A DNA stretch of 62,895 bases from a virus. Location of the stretch: the IMG/VR virus record IMGVR_UViG_3300014656_000029. One strand, 5' to 3'. This document shows, one piece after another, positions 40,195 through 49,623 of this stretch. Made by a program: the position numbers and the translations under genes. The notes under the pieces were generated by a model, which saw nothing but the letters and a program-made list of their open reading frames with translations, had not been told where the DNA came from and did not search any database. Position 1 is the first letter of the stretch, and each line of letters starts with the position of its first letter.

Positions 40195-42009
40195 TTAAGA
40201 TGCTTTTACGCAGGCAACTGTCCACCAATTCGTTCCGTCCGAAATAGCCTGATAAAAATTAACGCCCGAGGCATTGTCATTAATACACACAGTAAAGCCT
40301 GCCCCAACTGCGGAGGGTGCTCCAAATTCTCCAGTAAGCTCTGCAACAGTGGGAGGATTAGAAACATTTAGCTCGGAAACTTTTATCTTTGTTACACTTT
40401 CAGGAGTGTACGTTGCGTATGTTGTTGCATTATAGTATAAAACAGAACCGCCCGAATCATTTTTAATAACTTTATTTGCGTGCATGTTAGCAAATGTTTC
40501 AGTATTGCCTTCGTCATCTATTAGAATGTCGTTAGTAGTACCAAGCGTATATACTTTTCCTGATTTAGAGGTCTGTATGTGTCCTCCCCCAAGATTTATA
40601 CATGTAACACAAGTATTAAAACACGTAGGGTAAGCAGCAGATCTTATTTCAAGCATAATAGTAGAGCAGGAACAATCAATAGCTATAGCACAAGAGTCAA
40701 ATAAATTTCTAACACCTAAGTCACAAATATTAGAACTAAATCCGCCAACACCAACTGCGTGATTAGATAATCTACATCCTCCCAAATAGGCAAAAGCATC
40801 CCCTTCTCCCCACCACCCATAAGTAGTTCCATCTCCTACTATAACCGCATTTGATAATACTAATTCTGAATTACTAGAGCACATTGTATAGCTGTAGTCT
40901 TTTAAAAATAATGCAATACGTCTACCTATCATTTTTCCATTGTGTAAAACAAAAGTTAAAGGAGAAGATGTGTTAGTAAATGTTACTGTTTTTGAGCATC
41001 CCTTGACTGCATATGGAGAATAATTTGTAGCAGTCTCCATATTCATCATATCTAAATTCTTAAACTCTACTTCAACATTGCACCCTGTTACACCGACACC
41101 AATTCCGTCCCAAGGGTAATCTATTAAAACAGTAGGCGCGGCCACTGTTGCTGCTTTAAGCTTAGCTCCTTCTAAAATAGAAACAACTGAGGTTAAACCT
41201 AGGAGGGGCAGGTCAAATGTTTCCAGCCTAGTTGCAGTATTGGATATAATGGGATACATAGTAGCTCCTGCTCCAGTACCAGAAGTAACTAATATAAATT
41301 TTCCTTTATAGGCATCTACAGTCCAAGTTTCTGCGGCAGCTTCTAAAAAAGATTTCTTAAGTGTACTAGCGTCTCCGTTGTCATAAGCAGTAACCAAAAT
41401 TCCTGTTGCTAACTCCGACATAACCCCCTCAACTGTAAGAGTACCCGTTCCGTAAAAGTTATCAACATTAATATGTGTGTCTACTGTTGTTGATAAAATA
41501 GTACCTCTACACAATACTACAACATTCGCATTTATTTCCCTGCTTAATTTATAAGAACTTCCGCTATACAAAAAATCAAATGTTTTAAAAGCAGTACCCC
41601 AAGACAAACCTGAATTGCTATCATCGCCAGTATCGCCATCTACATAAAAAATAGTATCTTGATAAATAGCACTAGAAGCTACTTGCCAACTATCCGTACT
41701 GGTATTCCAAACATACAATCTATTTAAATCGGTATCGTATATTAAAGTATTTTCGTCGATGTTGAGTAATCGTTCTGCTGTATTTTTGTACACAACACTA
41801 TTTTCTACATAATTGTTTTCGGAATCTGTACTGACATTATAAGAAATACATCCCTTACTTCTAAGGTCATTAAGCTCGGGTGTAGCTTCGTCAATTTCAG
41901 AATTTGTAAAACTTCCAGAATAGGATCCCAATTTAGGAAGCATTATCCCATTGAGTTTGCTTATACCTAATGTAGAATTTAGTCTGTTGTATATGTTAAT
42001 AGTGGGCAT
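40195..42009 (-). CDS. tail fiber / tailspike-like beta-helix protein
   Basis: 604 aa, rich in Gly/Thr/Asn/Ser, with pectate-lyase-like repetitive beta-strand composition. Confidence 0.45.
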   Translation of the reverse strand: MPTINIYNRLNSTLGISKLNGIMLPKLGSYSGSFTNSEIDEATPELNDLRSKGCISYNVSTDSENNYVENSVVYKNTAERLLNIDENTLIYDTDLNRLYVWNTSTDSWQVASSAIYQDTIFYVDGDTGDDSNSGLSWGTAFKTFDFLYSGSSYKLSREINANVVVLCRGTILSTTVDTHINVDNFYGTGTLTVEGVMSELATGILVTAYDNGDASTLKKSFLEAAAETWTVDAYKGKFILVTSGTGAGATMYPIISNTATRLETFDLPLLGLTSVVSILEGAKLKAATVAAPTVLIDYPWDGIGVGVTGCNVEVEFKNLDMMNMETATNYSPYAVKGCSKTVTFTNTSSPLTFVLHNGKMIGRRIALFLKDYSYTMCSSNSELVLSNAVIVGDGTTYGWWGEGDAFAYLGGCRLSNHAVGVGGFSSNICDLGVRNLFDSCAIAIDCSCSTIMLEIRSAAYPTCFNTCVTCINLGGGHIQTSKSGKVYTLGTTNDILIDDEGNTETFANMHANKVIKNDSGGSVLYYNATTYATYTPESVTKIKVSELNVSNPPTVAELTGEFGAPSAVGAGFTVCINDNASGVNFYQAISDGTNWWTVACVKAS

Positions 42010-42112
42010 GGGGACTCCTTAAAGTGAATATAAAAATACTACATAAAATATAACATTCCGCCCAAAGTTATTTATATTTTTAAGATTGCTAAAGGAGTTA
42101 CTGTTCAGTAAG

Positions 42113-42185
42113 CAGGCGGCAAGGGAGTCGAACCCTCATCTTACAATTTTGGAGATTGTTGCTCTGCCAATTAAGCTAACCGCCT
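42113..42185 (-). tRNA. tRNA-Trp(CCA)
   Basis: Cloverleaf read by eye. Anticodon stem ACAAT/ATTGT, loop CTCCAAA. Confidence 0.7.
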
Positions 42186-42222
42186 AAAATACCCCTATAG
42201 AACTAAATGTGTTATATTTTTG

Positions 42223-42483
42223 TTAGTATCGGTTAGCCTTGAACCAATCACCATTAGAGTCCATGAGTAATTTCTTTCCACATGTTATACACGTAGAAGT
42301 CATACTTAGACCATCAAAACCTTTCTTGCTTTTAGGGTGGTGCCAGTCCAGACAATTACAATGCCACTTTGTGGGTCGGAAAATAAAAAGTATCCTTGCC
42401 GTAAATATGAGCAAAGCAAATAAAATAAACAGTACTGAAAATACCATAATAATTATAAATATTGGTAACGGTGGTGTATTCAT
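42223..42483 (-). CDS. small membrane protein
   Basis: 86 aa; strongly hydrophobic N-terminal half. Confidence 0.35.
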   Translation of the reverse strand: MNTPPLPIFIIIMVFSVLFILFALLIFTARILFIFRPTKWHCNCLDWHHPKSKKGFDGLSMTSTCITCGKKLLMDSNGDWFKANRY

Positions 42484-42488
42484 TCTTC

Positions 42489-42788
42489 TTATCCTGCTGT
42501 GTACCTTTCTACAAATTCAGCAAAATCCTCTACTGATAAATTATATCTTTCTCTATAAAAATACAATGTTGGGCCACTATAGCAGTCGCTTTCGAAATTA
42601 ACCTCAACAACATCTCCTCCATCATCATAATAACGTAGGTTTATGTCTTCAATATTATAGCCGGTTACATCATAGCCCCACTTTTCCGCTAAACGCCTTA
42701 TAAGTTCATTTCTAGGAGCCAGCCAATCTTTAAGTTCTTTTTCAATTTCATTTTGCATGTTAAGCAATTCTTCAAATTTTTTTGTCAT
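42489..42788 (-). CDS. hypothetical protein
   Basis: 99 aa. Confidence 0.4.
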   Translation of the reverse strand: MTKKFEELLNMQNEIEKELKDWLAPRNELIRRLAEKWGYDVTGYNIEDINLRYYDDGGDVVEVNFESDCYSGPTLYFYRERYNLSVEDFAEFVERYTAG

Positions 42789-43234
42789 TTATGTTTCATT
42801 TCAAAAGTAATATCTATATTCTCAAATTCCTTTTTAAGTTGGTTGTATAGCTCTCTTCGTTTTTCTTTTTCTTTTTGTTGTTTTTTAATTTGTTTATCCC
42901 GTACTAATTGTGCTTTTTCTTCTTCATGTTTCTTAAATTCGTAATACTCCATAGCCAGCTCAGAATAGGAATAATTTTCAGTAACATAGAAATAAGGGTC
43001 TGCATTTACATCATTCAAATAGTAATTACTATTCTCGCATTGTATTTCAATCTCAATTCCGCTGTCATTAAATTTAAAACCATAAACTGTCTGTTCAGGA
43101 TAAAGCAATTCTCTTACATCCATCCACCCTCTAATGTCATCCAGCATAACATAATTTATATGCTCATTTAGTTCTTTCTTTTCTAATAGAGGCATGTTGT
43201 CTATTTCTGTAAGTATTGTTTGTGATAGGGTCAT
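42785..43234 (-). CDS. hypothetical protein
   Basis: 149 aa; its stop overlaps the downstream start. Confidence 0.4.
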   Translation of the reverse strand: MTLSQTILTEIDNMPLLEKKELNEHINYVMLDDIRGWMDVRELLYPEQTVYGFKFNDSGIEIEIQCENSNYYLNDVNADPYFYVTENYSYSELAMEYYEFKKHEEEKAQLVRDKQIKKQQKEKEKRRELYNQLKKEFENIDITFEMKHK

Positions 43235-43250
43235 GCTTACTTCCTATGCC

Positions 43251-43793
43251 TTAACTATGCTGTTTATCTTTAAGTTTATTTAAAATACCCCTCATAGTAA
43301 GAGCTGCGCCTGTTACGCATACTATCTCTTTTTCCAAAGAAAAATCATCAAGGGAATTGTCCAACCATTCATTAATTTCCTCTGTAATATTATTAAAAAA
43401 TTTTTTTATTGGTTTAGAGTAGAGTAGAGAGGAGTCCCGTATAACTGTATGTTTAGGAATGTCCTTAAATTGCTCGTATATTTTATCAGAAACAGACATA
43501 GGATTCTTTTCCGAAATAATGTGTATCTTACGTACTGTTATATAATCTGTAATCCACAAGCTAGGTATGTATTTAAAACTTCCAAAAATATCCTTTTTAG
43601 GAGATTTAGTACTATTCCAAGTTTTACTGGGGTACGTAGAATAAAATTCAAAATAGTAAACTCCGTGCTCGGTGTCTACAACCCTATTAATTTTTACTTT
43701 GTTGTTTTTTGCCATAGAAAATAATTTTCTAAAAAACATTTTGATACTTTTCACTTTTCTTAATTGCAGCGGAGTTAATTCTGATTTAGTCAT
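43251..43793 (-). CDS. hypothetical protein
   Basis: 180 aa. Confidence 0.4.
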   Translation of the reverse strand: MTKSELTPLQLRKVKSIKMFFRKLFSMAKNNKVKINRVVDTEHGVYYFEFYSTYPSKTWNSTKSPKKDIFGSFKYIPSLWITDYITVRKIHIISEKNPMSVSDKIYEQFKDIPKHTVIRDSSLLYSKPIKKFFNNITEEINEWLDNSLDDFSLEKEIVCVTGAALTMRGILNKLKDKQHS

Positions 43794-44272
43794 TTGTGTT
43801 TTCTCTTTTTACCGTATTGATTTCTCAAACCGGGTATTGGTGGTTTATCTTTAGTTTGGAGTTTAATATGATCTTGTTTTTTAGGAATACCTATGTCATC
43901 AAGTAGTTTACCAAATTCTTCGATATCCTTACTTAACTCATGTCTTCTTTGCTCTACTTGCAGCAATTCTTTTTCCCTATAATATTGTCTTATTCTTTTT
44001 TTTATCTCAAAAGAATCTTGCTGAGAATCAGTAGTAGAAATTTCTGAACAGTGGCACATAGCATCAGGATGAGCAGCGAAAGCACTGGAAAAAGAATCCT
44101 CATAGGGGGAAGAGAATACATCTAAAATTCCCCCACAGACAGAACACCTAACTATAGTTAAAGCTACTGTCTCAGAAGATGTTCCTACAAATTTATTCTC
44201 GGAAAAAATTAGATTCTCTGTAACAATATTGGTGTCACTAGAAGAAGGACGGCTGTTTCTATTTCCGCTCAT
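43790..44272 (-). CDS. hypothetical protein
   Basis: 160 aa; overlapping stop and start. Confidence 0.4.
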   Translation of the reverse strand: MSGNRNSRPSSSDTNIVTENLIFSENKFVGTSSETVALTIVRCSVCGGILDVFSSPYEDSFSSAFAAHPDAMCHCSEISTTDSQQDSFEIKKRIRQYYREKELLQVEQRRHELSKDIEEFGKLLDDIGIPKKQDHIKLQTKDKPPIPGLRNQYGKKRKHK

Positions 44273-44529
44273 TGTTTTGTTACCTTGTCAATAGAAGATA
44301 ATATGGCCTTAGGTCCTCTTCGGAGTAAAACATCTGAGTTAAAACCTTCCCCTAATTTATCCCTAACTTCTGTAACAGTGTCTCCATAAGCCACTACTTC
44401 TTTTCCCTTTAAAGCAACCCATTTTCCGCCATATTCCTCAGGAGACAGTATGACATTAGCAGCATCTATATGCTCTTGTGTCTGGGTAGCTTTAGCTCCT
44501 AGGGTTATTTTAACTTCTGTGTTACTCAT
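44269..44529 (-). CDS. hypothetical protein
   Basis: 86 aa. Confidence 0.4.
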   Translation of the reverse strand: MSNTEVKITLGAKATQTQEHIDAANVILSPEEYGGKWVALKGKEVVAYGDTVTEVRDKLGEGFNSDVLLRRGPKAILSSIDKVTKQ

Positions 44530-44564
44530 ATTAGTATATATCTTTCTTAAATTATAGAGTTTTA

Positions 44565-45227
44565 CTAAAACGCGCGTTCCCCTTTACTGAAATGTCTACC
44601 ACATTTAACACAATATTGGGTCTTTTTATCCATCATGTAACCGCAAGGACAGGACCACCTTATTCCGTTTTCCATAACAAGATCTTCTAGTTCCACATTA
44701 TTAAAGAAACTATTTAATGCTGCTTTATTAATATGGTCAAAGCTTAAAGCTTGCTCTTCTATATCTTTTAAACAATAATCTGGAACACCTGACATCTCTG
44801 ACATCTTTTCTATGCTTATCCCAAGAACATTTTTTCTAAACTCTTTAATAAAGTTAGATAGCTCGTATTCGTGTTTTAACTCAAACAGAAAATTTAAAGC
44901 GAAACGTGACTTCTTCTCTATCCACTCATACTTGTACATATCTACAACACTAGAACATTTGTTTTCGGGTACTTCTTTTAATGCATCTCTTGACAAAAAA
45001 GTGTGTTGCTTTTCGCATGTATCACAACCGTTAAGTCGCCTTTCTCTGCTCACAGAAGGGGAAAAACAAATAGGACAGAACCCATAAGGCTTGACTGACA
45101 GTGTGTCCTCTTTATAATTCTTATGACCATTTATACAAGCGTGCCACCCCCGATCAAGATCAGGGAAGCTAACAATTAGTTCTCCGCAAATAGGACAATA
45201 TTTACTTTCGTTGTTTTCTTGCATCAA
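44565..45227 (-). CDS. multi-zinc-ribbon protein with central XRE-like HTH segment
   Basis: CPICGE, CPICF, CDTC and CVKCG zinc-ribbon pairs; central LGISIEKMSEMSGVPDYCLKDIE. Confidence 0.4.
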   Translation of the reverse strand: MMQENNESKYCPICGELIVSFPDLDRGWHACINGHKNYKEDTLSVKPYGFCPICFSPSVSRERRLNGCDTCEKQHTFLSRDALKEVPENKCSSVVDMYKYEWIEKKSRFALNFLFELKHEYELSNFIKEFRKNVLGISIEKMSEMSGVPDYCLKDIEEQALSFDHINKAALNSFFNNVELEDLVMENGIRWSCPCGYMMDKKTQYCVKCGRHFSKGERAF

Positions 45228-45349
45228 TTATTCTCCATGTTAAATAGAAGTATTTGTTTAAATACTTTAATAACAAAATAAGTGTTGATTTTTGTAACTT
45301 GCATTACCTCAAAAGAATAGTATTCAAGAAGAGTAGCTATCTCTAAATG

Positions 45350-45604
45350 TTATTTACACCTAGGCCATTTCATTCCATCGGGGAAAAATTCAATTACATT
45401 ACCACACCAATCTTCTGCTTCCCACCCGTTTGATGGGGTTGTTCCTTGTTCCGGCGCATAATCTTTAAATGCCTCAGGAAACTGATCACGGTGCCACGGA
45501 GAAGTTCCACGAACATACTTATGAATAGTTCCCCCCCTAATATCAAATGGTGGATGAAAATCTGGGCCAATTACGGTAAAATCTTGCTGTTGGTTTTTAT
45601 TCAT
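45350..45604 (-). CDS. hypothetical protein
   Basis: 84 aa. Confidence 0.35.
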   Translation of the reverse strand: MNKNQQQDFTVIGPDFHPPFDIRGGTIHKYVRGTSPWHRDQFPEAFKDYAPEQGTTPSNGWEAEDWCGNVIEFFPDGMKWPRCK

Positions 45605-45762
45605 TTTTGATTTACTTTCAATTTAATTAGTAATGCCTATATTTTTCTGTTTGAACGCTGCAAGCATTATTTTCTCGCTATTGTTTTTAAATTCCATTTA
45701 AATCTCCTCTAGCAGCAATATACCTCAATTAAAACCCTTATGTCAAGATTTTTTTATTTCAG

Positions 45763-45835
45763 CCCCTCGGGTTGGTTCCGCCCCAACGACACCGCGATTT
45801 TCAGTCGCGTGCTCTACTACCTGAGCTACCGAGGG
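45763..45835 (-). tRNA. tRNA-Phe(GAA), atypical T-loop
   Basis: Acceptor CCCTCGG/CCGAGGG, D-arm GCTCAGGTAGTAGAGC, anticodon arm CGCGA-CTGAAAA-TCGCG. The T-loop reads GGCGGAA, which is non-canonical. Confidence 0.55.
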
Positions 45836-45842
45836 AAAATTG

Positions 45843-45925
45843 TGAACGGAGAGGGATTCGAACCCTCGAAGGACTACCGAGAGATTAAAAGTCTCTTGCC
45901 TTTGACCTGACTTGGCTATCCGTTC
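45843..45925 (-). tRNA. tRNA with Ser-like type II scaffold (12-nt variable arm) but anticodon loop CTTTTAA (UUU)
   Basis: Acceptor GAACGGA/TCCGTTC, D-arm GCC-AAGTCAGGTCAAA-GGC, T-arm GAGGG-TTCGAAT-CCCTC, discriminator A. Confidence 0.5.
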
Positions 45926-45929
45926 AAGA

Positions 45930-47036
45930 TTAATACGCAATTTTTCTTTCACTACAGTGCCGCTTAAGCGTTTTTAAAGCTACTCCAATGATATCTGCAA
46001 CTTCATAAAGGGGTTTACTTTGCACTAATTTTTGTAATTCTGTAGAGGATGGCCATGTTACTTTCTTTCCTCTACTCCAGTGTCCCGCAGGGGGAGTTTC
46101 AATATTATATTTTTTACACCAATACCTTACTGTTTCTGTATTTACCGAAAAATCTCTTGCAATTTTAGGTATGGATTTTTCCCAAATAAGTTTTTTCAAA
46201 TCTTCTTTAGAGGGCCACAGGATATTACCCTTATGCGTGTCAGGATACTTTTTATTTTTAGATTTAGTTTTAGCCCAATATCCTCTAGGAGGCTTTTCTA
46301 TTCCGTGCTTCTTGCAACGTTTTTCTATAGCTTTACTAGAAACACCTAACTGCTTTGCTAATTGTACTGTGGACATTTCCCAAACTAATTTTTCTAACTC
46401 CTCGTTAGAGGGCCACTTAGCATCGTAATGTTCTGTGTTTTTACAACTAGTAGAACAGTATTTTCTAGTGCTTCGGCCTGTGGGGTAAAACACTTTTTTA
46501 CACACAGGACAAATAATTTCTTCTTTTTTACGACAATGGTCTCTAGTGTGTGTAGACTTGTCAGTAATTTTTAAATTAAGAGAAACATTATTACTCCGAT
46601 CCTCATCTTTGTGGTGAACTAATTCTGTTTCCTCTAAATATCTTCCTAAAACATTTTCCATAACAAGGCGGTGTACGTACACACTACCATTAACCCACGA
46701 ACGGGGATGGTTAGGGATGTACCCAGCAAGATATCCATTAACATTAAAAATAGGTATATTATCAATATCATGTTTTTGAAAAGGAGAATTTAATTTTTGT
46801 TTCTTCTCGCACTCCTTGTGTTCTCTTTTTCCATTCTTATATTCTACTGTAGTTAAAGTTAAGTCCTTATTACATATAGAACATTTTAATGTAACGGTTC
46901 TAGGTTTGGGAATATAATACTTCTTTACTCTTTCTCTATTGTATTCCTTATAACACAGTTCGCATCTGTTTCTTGCATATATTCCTTTTTTACCACAATA
47001 CATACAATATCTTTCCTCTTTTGTTTTTCTGGGCAT
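45930..47036 (-). CDS. HNH homing endonuclease with triplicated C-terminal DNA-binding module
   Basis: VHRLVMENVLG...VHHKDEDRSNN...H HNH motif. Three copies of WPSxEELxKLVWExS..LAKxLGVSxKAIEKRCKKHGIEKPPRGYW. The start is probably the ATG at 47036 (GGAG SD); the track start at 47102 would overlap a tRNA. Confidence 0.75.
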   Translation of the reverse strand: MPRKTKEERYCMYCGKKGIYARNRCELCYKEYNRERVKKYYIPKPRTVTLKCSICNKDLTLTTVEYKNGKREHKECEKKQKLNSPFQKHDIDNIPIFNVNGYLAGYIPNHPRSWVNGSVYVHRLVMENVLGRYLEETELVHHKDEDRSNNVSLNLKITDKSTHTRDHCRKKEEIICPVCKKVFYPTGRSTRKYCSTSCKNTEHYDAKWPSNEELEKLVWEMSTVQLAKQLGVSSKAIEKRCKKHGIEKPPRGYWAKTKSKNKKYPDTHKGNILWPSKEDLKKLIWEKSIPKIARDFSVNTETVRYWCKKYNIETPPAGHWSRGKKVTWPSSTELQKLVQSKPLYEVADIIGVALKTLKRHCSERKIAY

Positions 47037-47124
47037 TACGTATTCTCCACGAATATTAAAGTGCTCATAAACACTATATGTTAAAGAAATAAGTAAAGTC
47101 AACTATTATTTTTAGTAGCCACGG

Positions 47125-47198
47125 TGCCTCTAACAGAAGTCGAATCTGTAATCCTCCAATTTTAAGTCGAAGAGCGATACCAATTTGCTTATAGAGGC
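47125..47198 (-). tRNA. tRNA with anticodon UAA (Leu-type anticodon) on a type I (5-nt variable arm) scaffold
   Basis: Acceptor GCCTCTA/TAGAGGC, anticodon arm TTCGA-CTTAAAA-TTGGA, variable GGATT, T-arm ACAGA-TTCGACT-TCTGT. Confidence 0.55.
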
Positions 47199-47199
47199 G

Positions 47200-47287
47200 T
47201 GGTGCCCAAAGTGAGACTCGAACTCACACGCCTAGCTAAGGCAGTGGCTTTTGAAACCACCTTGTCTACCAATTCCAGCATTTGGGC
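47200..47287 (-). tRNA. tRNA-Leu(CAA), type II, CCA encoded
   Basis: Acceptor GCCCAAA/TTTGGGC, loop TTCAAAA, 16-nt variable arm, T-arm GTGAG-TTCGAGT-CTCAC, 3' ACCA. Confidence 0.75.
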
Positions 47288-47290
47288 ATG

Positions 47291-48079
47291 TTATATTTTT
47301 CCTGCTCTTTTCTTATTCCAATATCCTCTTGGAGGTTTTTGGATTCCGTACTTCTTACAACGCTTCTCTACAGCCTTATCAGAAACTCCAAGTTTCTTAG
47401 CTAACTGTACTGTAGACATCTCCCACACAAGTTTCTCTAGTTTCTCTTTAGTGGGCCAGTCTATTTTTTCTCTTGATTCTTTAGCACATTCTGTTGAGCA
47501 GTATTTACTTTTTTTATTTTGTGTTTTAAACGTATTGTCACAAACTAAACATATCTTTGTAAAAGTATTCTTACTTTTTCTCATTCTACAGGTGTACTTA
47601 TTTTTTCTTTTGCGCTTCTTAGTCTTTCTGTCTAACATATGCATAATGGTATGACAGTTTGGGCAAAGGATCTGGAGATTACATAATCTATTATCAATAT
47701 TATTTCCGTTTTTATGATGTAACTCTAAGGGAATACAATAGTGTAACCATTTTGTTTTATGGCACTTCTCACAAATATTTTCCTTTAACCCATAATATAC
47801 TATTTTTTCTCTTACTTTAGAGGATTTTATAAGAGACTCTTGGGTTAAATGGAGCTTTATAAATTCCTCTTTTGAAAGTTTAGGTCCAAGGGATGTTTCC
47901 TTATGTATCCCCTGTCCTTTAAAATATGAAATATCTATACCGTAATATACTATTAGTTTCTTAATACGTCTATAGTTTCCGCCAGAAGGAGTCAAGCCTA
48001 AAGCTATTAAGGTGCTGCGTATAGATAAAGTTTCTTTTACTGCATTCTCTAATATTTCTTTTGTGTACTTTGTGTTCAT
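47291..48079 (-). CDS. HNH homing endonuclease
   Basis: N-terminal KYTKEILENAVKE domain; CEKCH...HHKNGNNIDN...CPNCH HNH/zinc motif; C-terminal WPTKEKLEKLVWEMS...KPPRGYW module. Confidence 0.75.
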   Translation of the reverse strand: MNTKYTKEILENAVKETLSIRSTLIALGLTPSGGNYRRIKKLIVYYGIDISYFKGQGIHKETSLGPKLSKEEFIKLHLTQESLIKSSKVREKIVYYGLKENICEKCHKTKWLHYCIPLELHHKNGNNIDNRLCNLQILCPNCHTIMHMLDRKTKKRKRKNKYTCRMRKSKNTFTKICLVCDNTFKTQNKKSKYCSTECAKESREKIDWPTKEKLEKLVWEMSTVQLAKKLGVSDKAVEKRCKKYGIQKPPRGYWNKKRAGKI

Positions 48080-48123
48080 AACACTACTAATAGTGATATA
48101 TATCATACTTGTCAAATATAACT

Positions 48124-48200
48124 TGGTGCCTCTGAGAGAACTCGAATCTCCAACGTCCTGAGCCTAAATCAGGTCCCTCTACCAATTGGGGTACAGAGGC
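48124..48200 (-). tRNA. tRNA with anticodon UAG (Leu-type anticodon) on a type I scaffold, CCA encoded
   Basis: Acceptor GCCTCTG/CAGAGGC, anticodon arm CCTGA-TTTAGGC-TCAGG, variable ACGTT, T-loop TTCGAGT. Confidence 0.55.
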
Positions 48201-48205
48201 GTGTG

Positions 48206-48291
48206 TGTCCAAAGGGAGGGTCGAACTCCCACGCCCATCAAGGGCACTAGAACCTCAATCTAGTGTGTCTACCAAATTCCACCACTTGGAC
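48206..48291 (-). tRNA. tRNA-Leu(GAG), type II
   Basis: Acceptor GTCCAAG/TTTGGAC, anticodon arm CTAGA-TTGAGGT-TCTAG, 16-nt variable arm, T-arm GGGAG-TTCGACC-CTCCC. Confidence 0.75.
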
Positions 48292-48346
48292 ATTAAATTA
48301 TTTAAAGAACTTTACCTAATAGCTGGGGGTACAACTACATTTATTT

Positions 48347-48775
48347 TTATCTAAGTCTAAGTCCTTTGGTAATATGAACGGAATTTGGTTTATCGGGATC
48401 ATCTAAGTAAAACATTACACCATAGGGATATGTGCCTTTATACCAAACAGTCTCATCATCACCAAACCTTGTTACGCGATGTGTAAACCCTTTATCTACC
48501 AAATAGGATTTAATTTCTGAAAGAAATTCATCCTTAGTAACACCCTTACGGAGATCAATGTCTACAAAGTAAGAATTAGGGGGATTATAATATTCTAAAT
48601 CCGGGTGATCTACTTTTACAACATCTACCCATTGTTTCATGGTATCTATTACTTCGTCTCTAAGTGTAGTGAACTCATCGTCCTGTATTATGTTTTCTAC
48701 CTGAGCTAATGCCAATTTAGGATCAGAGGATATAAGTTTTATTACATCTTTCAATTTATTTTTTAAATTTAACAT
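48347..48775 (-). CDS. hypothetical protein
   Basis: 142 aa, lying between tRNA and HNH genes. Confidence 0.45.
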   Translation of the reverse strand: MLNLKNKLKDVIKLISSDPKLALAQVENIIQDDEFTTLRDEVIDTMKQWVDVVKVDHPDLEYYNPPNSYFVDIDLRKGVTKDEFLSEIKSYLVDKGFTHRVTRFGDDETVWYKGTYPYGVMFYLDDPDKPNSVHITKGLRLR

Positions 48776-48856
48776 ATTTAAATCTCCTTATACATTATAG
48801 TAAATAATATAATTTAGGAGGTAGTAGACGCCACGCATCCACGCAAAGGACATTTT

Positions 48857-49051
48857 TCAGAAATCTAATTTTTCGGCTTGTTTATTGAGCCACGCTATTT
48901 TTCTTTTTAGCAGGTTTGCCGCTTCAGCATCCTCTGCTTTCTTTTTAAGAACTTCTTCTGGAACAACATTATCGCTAGGAGTATCTTCTGATTTTTCTAC
49001 TTCTGAATCATTATGTTCTTTGGGTTTAAATTCTATAATTTTTCCTTCCAT
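48857..49051 (-). CDS. hypothetical small acidic protein
   Basis: 64 aa. Confidence 0.35.
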   Translation of the reverse strand: MEGKIIEFKPKEHNDSEVEKSEDTPSDNVVPEEVLKKKAEDAEAANLLKRKIAWLNKQAEKLDF

Positions 49052-49089
49052 AATACACTCCTATTTTTTATTCTAAATAGAATTTTTAG

Positions 49090-49162
49090 TAGGGACTACC
49101 CGGATCGAACGGGCGACAACTGCCGTGTAAAGACAGGGCTCTACCAACTGAGCTAAGTCCCT
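49090..49162 (-). tRNA. tRNA-Val(TAC)
   Basis: Acceptor AGGGACT/AGTCCCT, anticodon arm CTGTC-TTTACAC-GGCAG, T-arm GCCCG-TTCGATC-CGGGT. Confidence 0.7.
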
Positions 49163-49170
49163 AAAAAACG

Positions 49171-49250
49171 TACCAACAGGGTTAGATTCGAACTAACCGC
49201 CCACCCCCGACTCCGGAGGCAGCTCTCACCACTGAGCTTACACGTCGGTA
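49171..49250 (-). pseudogene. degenerate tRNA-like element
   Basis: Good D-arm (AGCT-CAGTGGTGAG-AGCT) and T-arm (GTTAG-TTCGAAT-CTAAC), but extra nucleotides at the junctions and no canonical anticodon arm. Confidence 0.4.
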
Positions 49251-49390
49251 CTAAGTATGCTTTTACCCTTTTTCCTTAAACAGGTAGTGCTATGATCACT
49301 TGCACTACTGCGGATTTTAGGGTTCCAACACAATACAAAATAGATAGTAGCATAACTATATGTTAAAGTAAAGAACAAAAAACATCCATG

Positions 49391-49460
49391 TGACTAGATT
49401 CGAACTGGAACTGACCCGACACTACCTCGGCGCTCTACCGCTTGGAGCTACACACGGATG
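49391..49460 (-). pseudogene. degenerate tRNA-like element
   Basis: Acceptor CCGTGTG/CACATGG and D-arm GCTC-CAAGCGGTA-GAGC are recognisable. The anticodon stem and T-stem are mispaired. Confidence 0.35.
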
Positions 49461-49543
49461 CACAACACTTTACCGTCAAAATTAATAAATTTTTAACTGC
49501 CCTCATACTTATAGTTAATAAACATAAAAGGGAGGTGTTGCGG

Positions 49544-49616
49544 AGCGGGTGACGGGTGACGATCCCGCAACAATTAGATTGGAAATCTAAGGCTCTACCA
49601 GTTGAGCTACACCCGC
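49544..49616 (-). tRNA. tRNA-Gly(TCC)
   Basis: Acceptor GCGGGTG/CACCCGC, anticodon arm TTAGA-TTTCCAA-TCTAA. The T-loop is atypical (ATCGTCA). Confidence 0.6.
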
Positions 49617-49623
49617 AAAAGTG

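Noticed and set aside
45743-45952. 69-aa ORF on the minus strand
   Set aside because: Its sequence is entirely covered by two tRNA genes (Phe and the type II/UUU tRNA). It is an artefact of an open frame through structured RNA.
47199-47654. 151-aa plus-strand ORF
   Set aside because: It runs antisense through tRNA-Leu(CAA) and the N-terminus of the HNH gene. Its residues are low-complexity Leu/Phe-rich. It is spurious.
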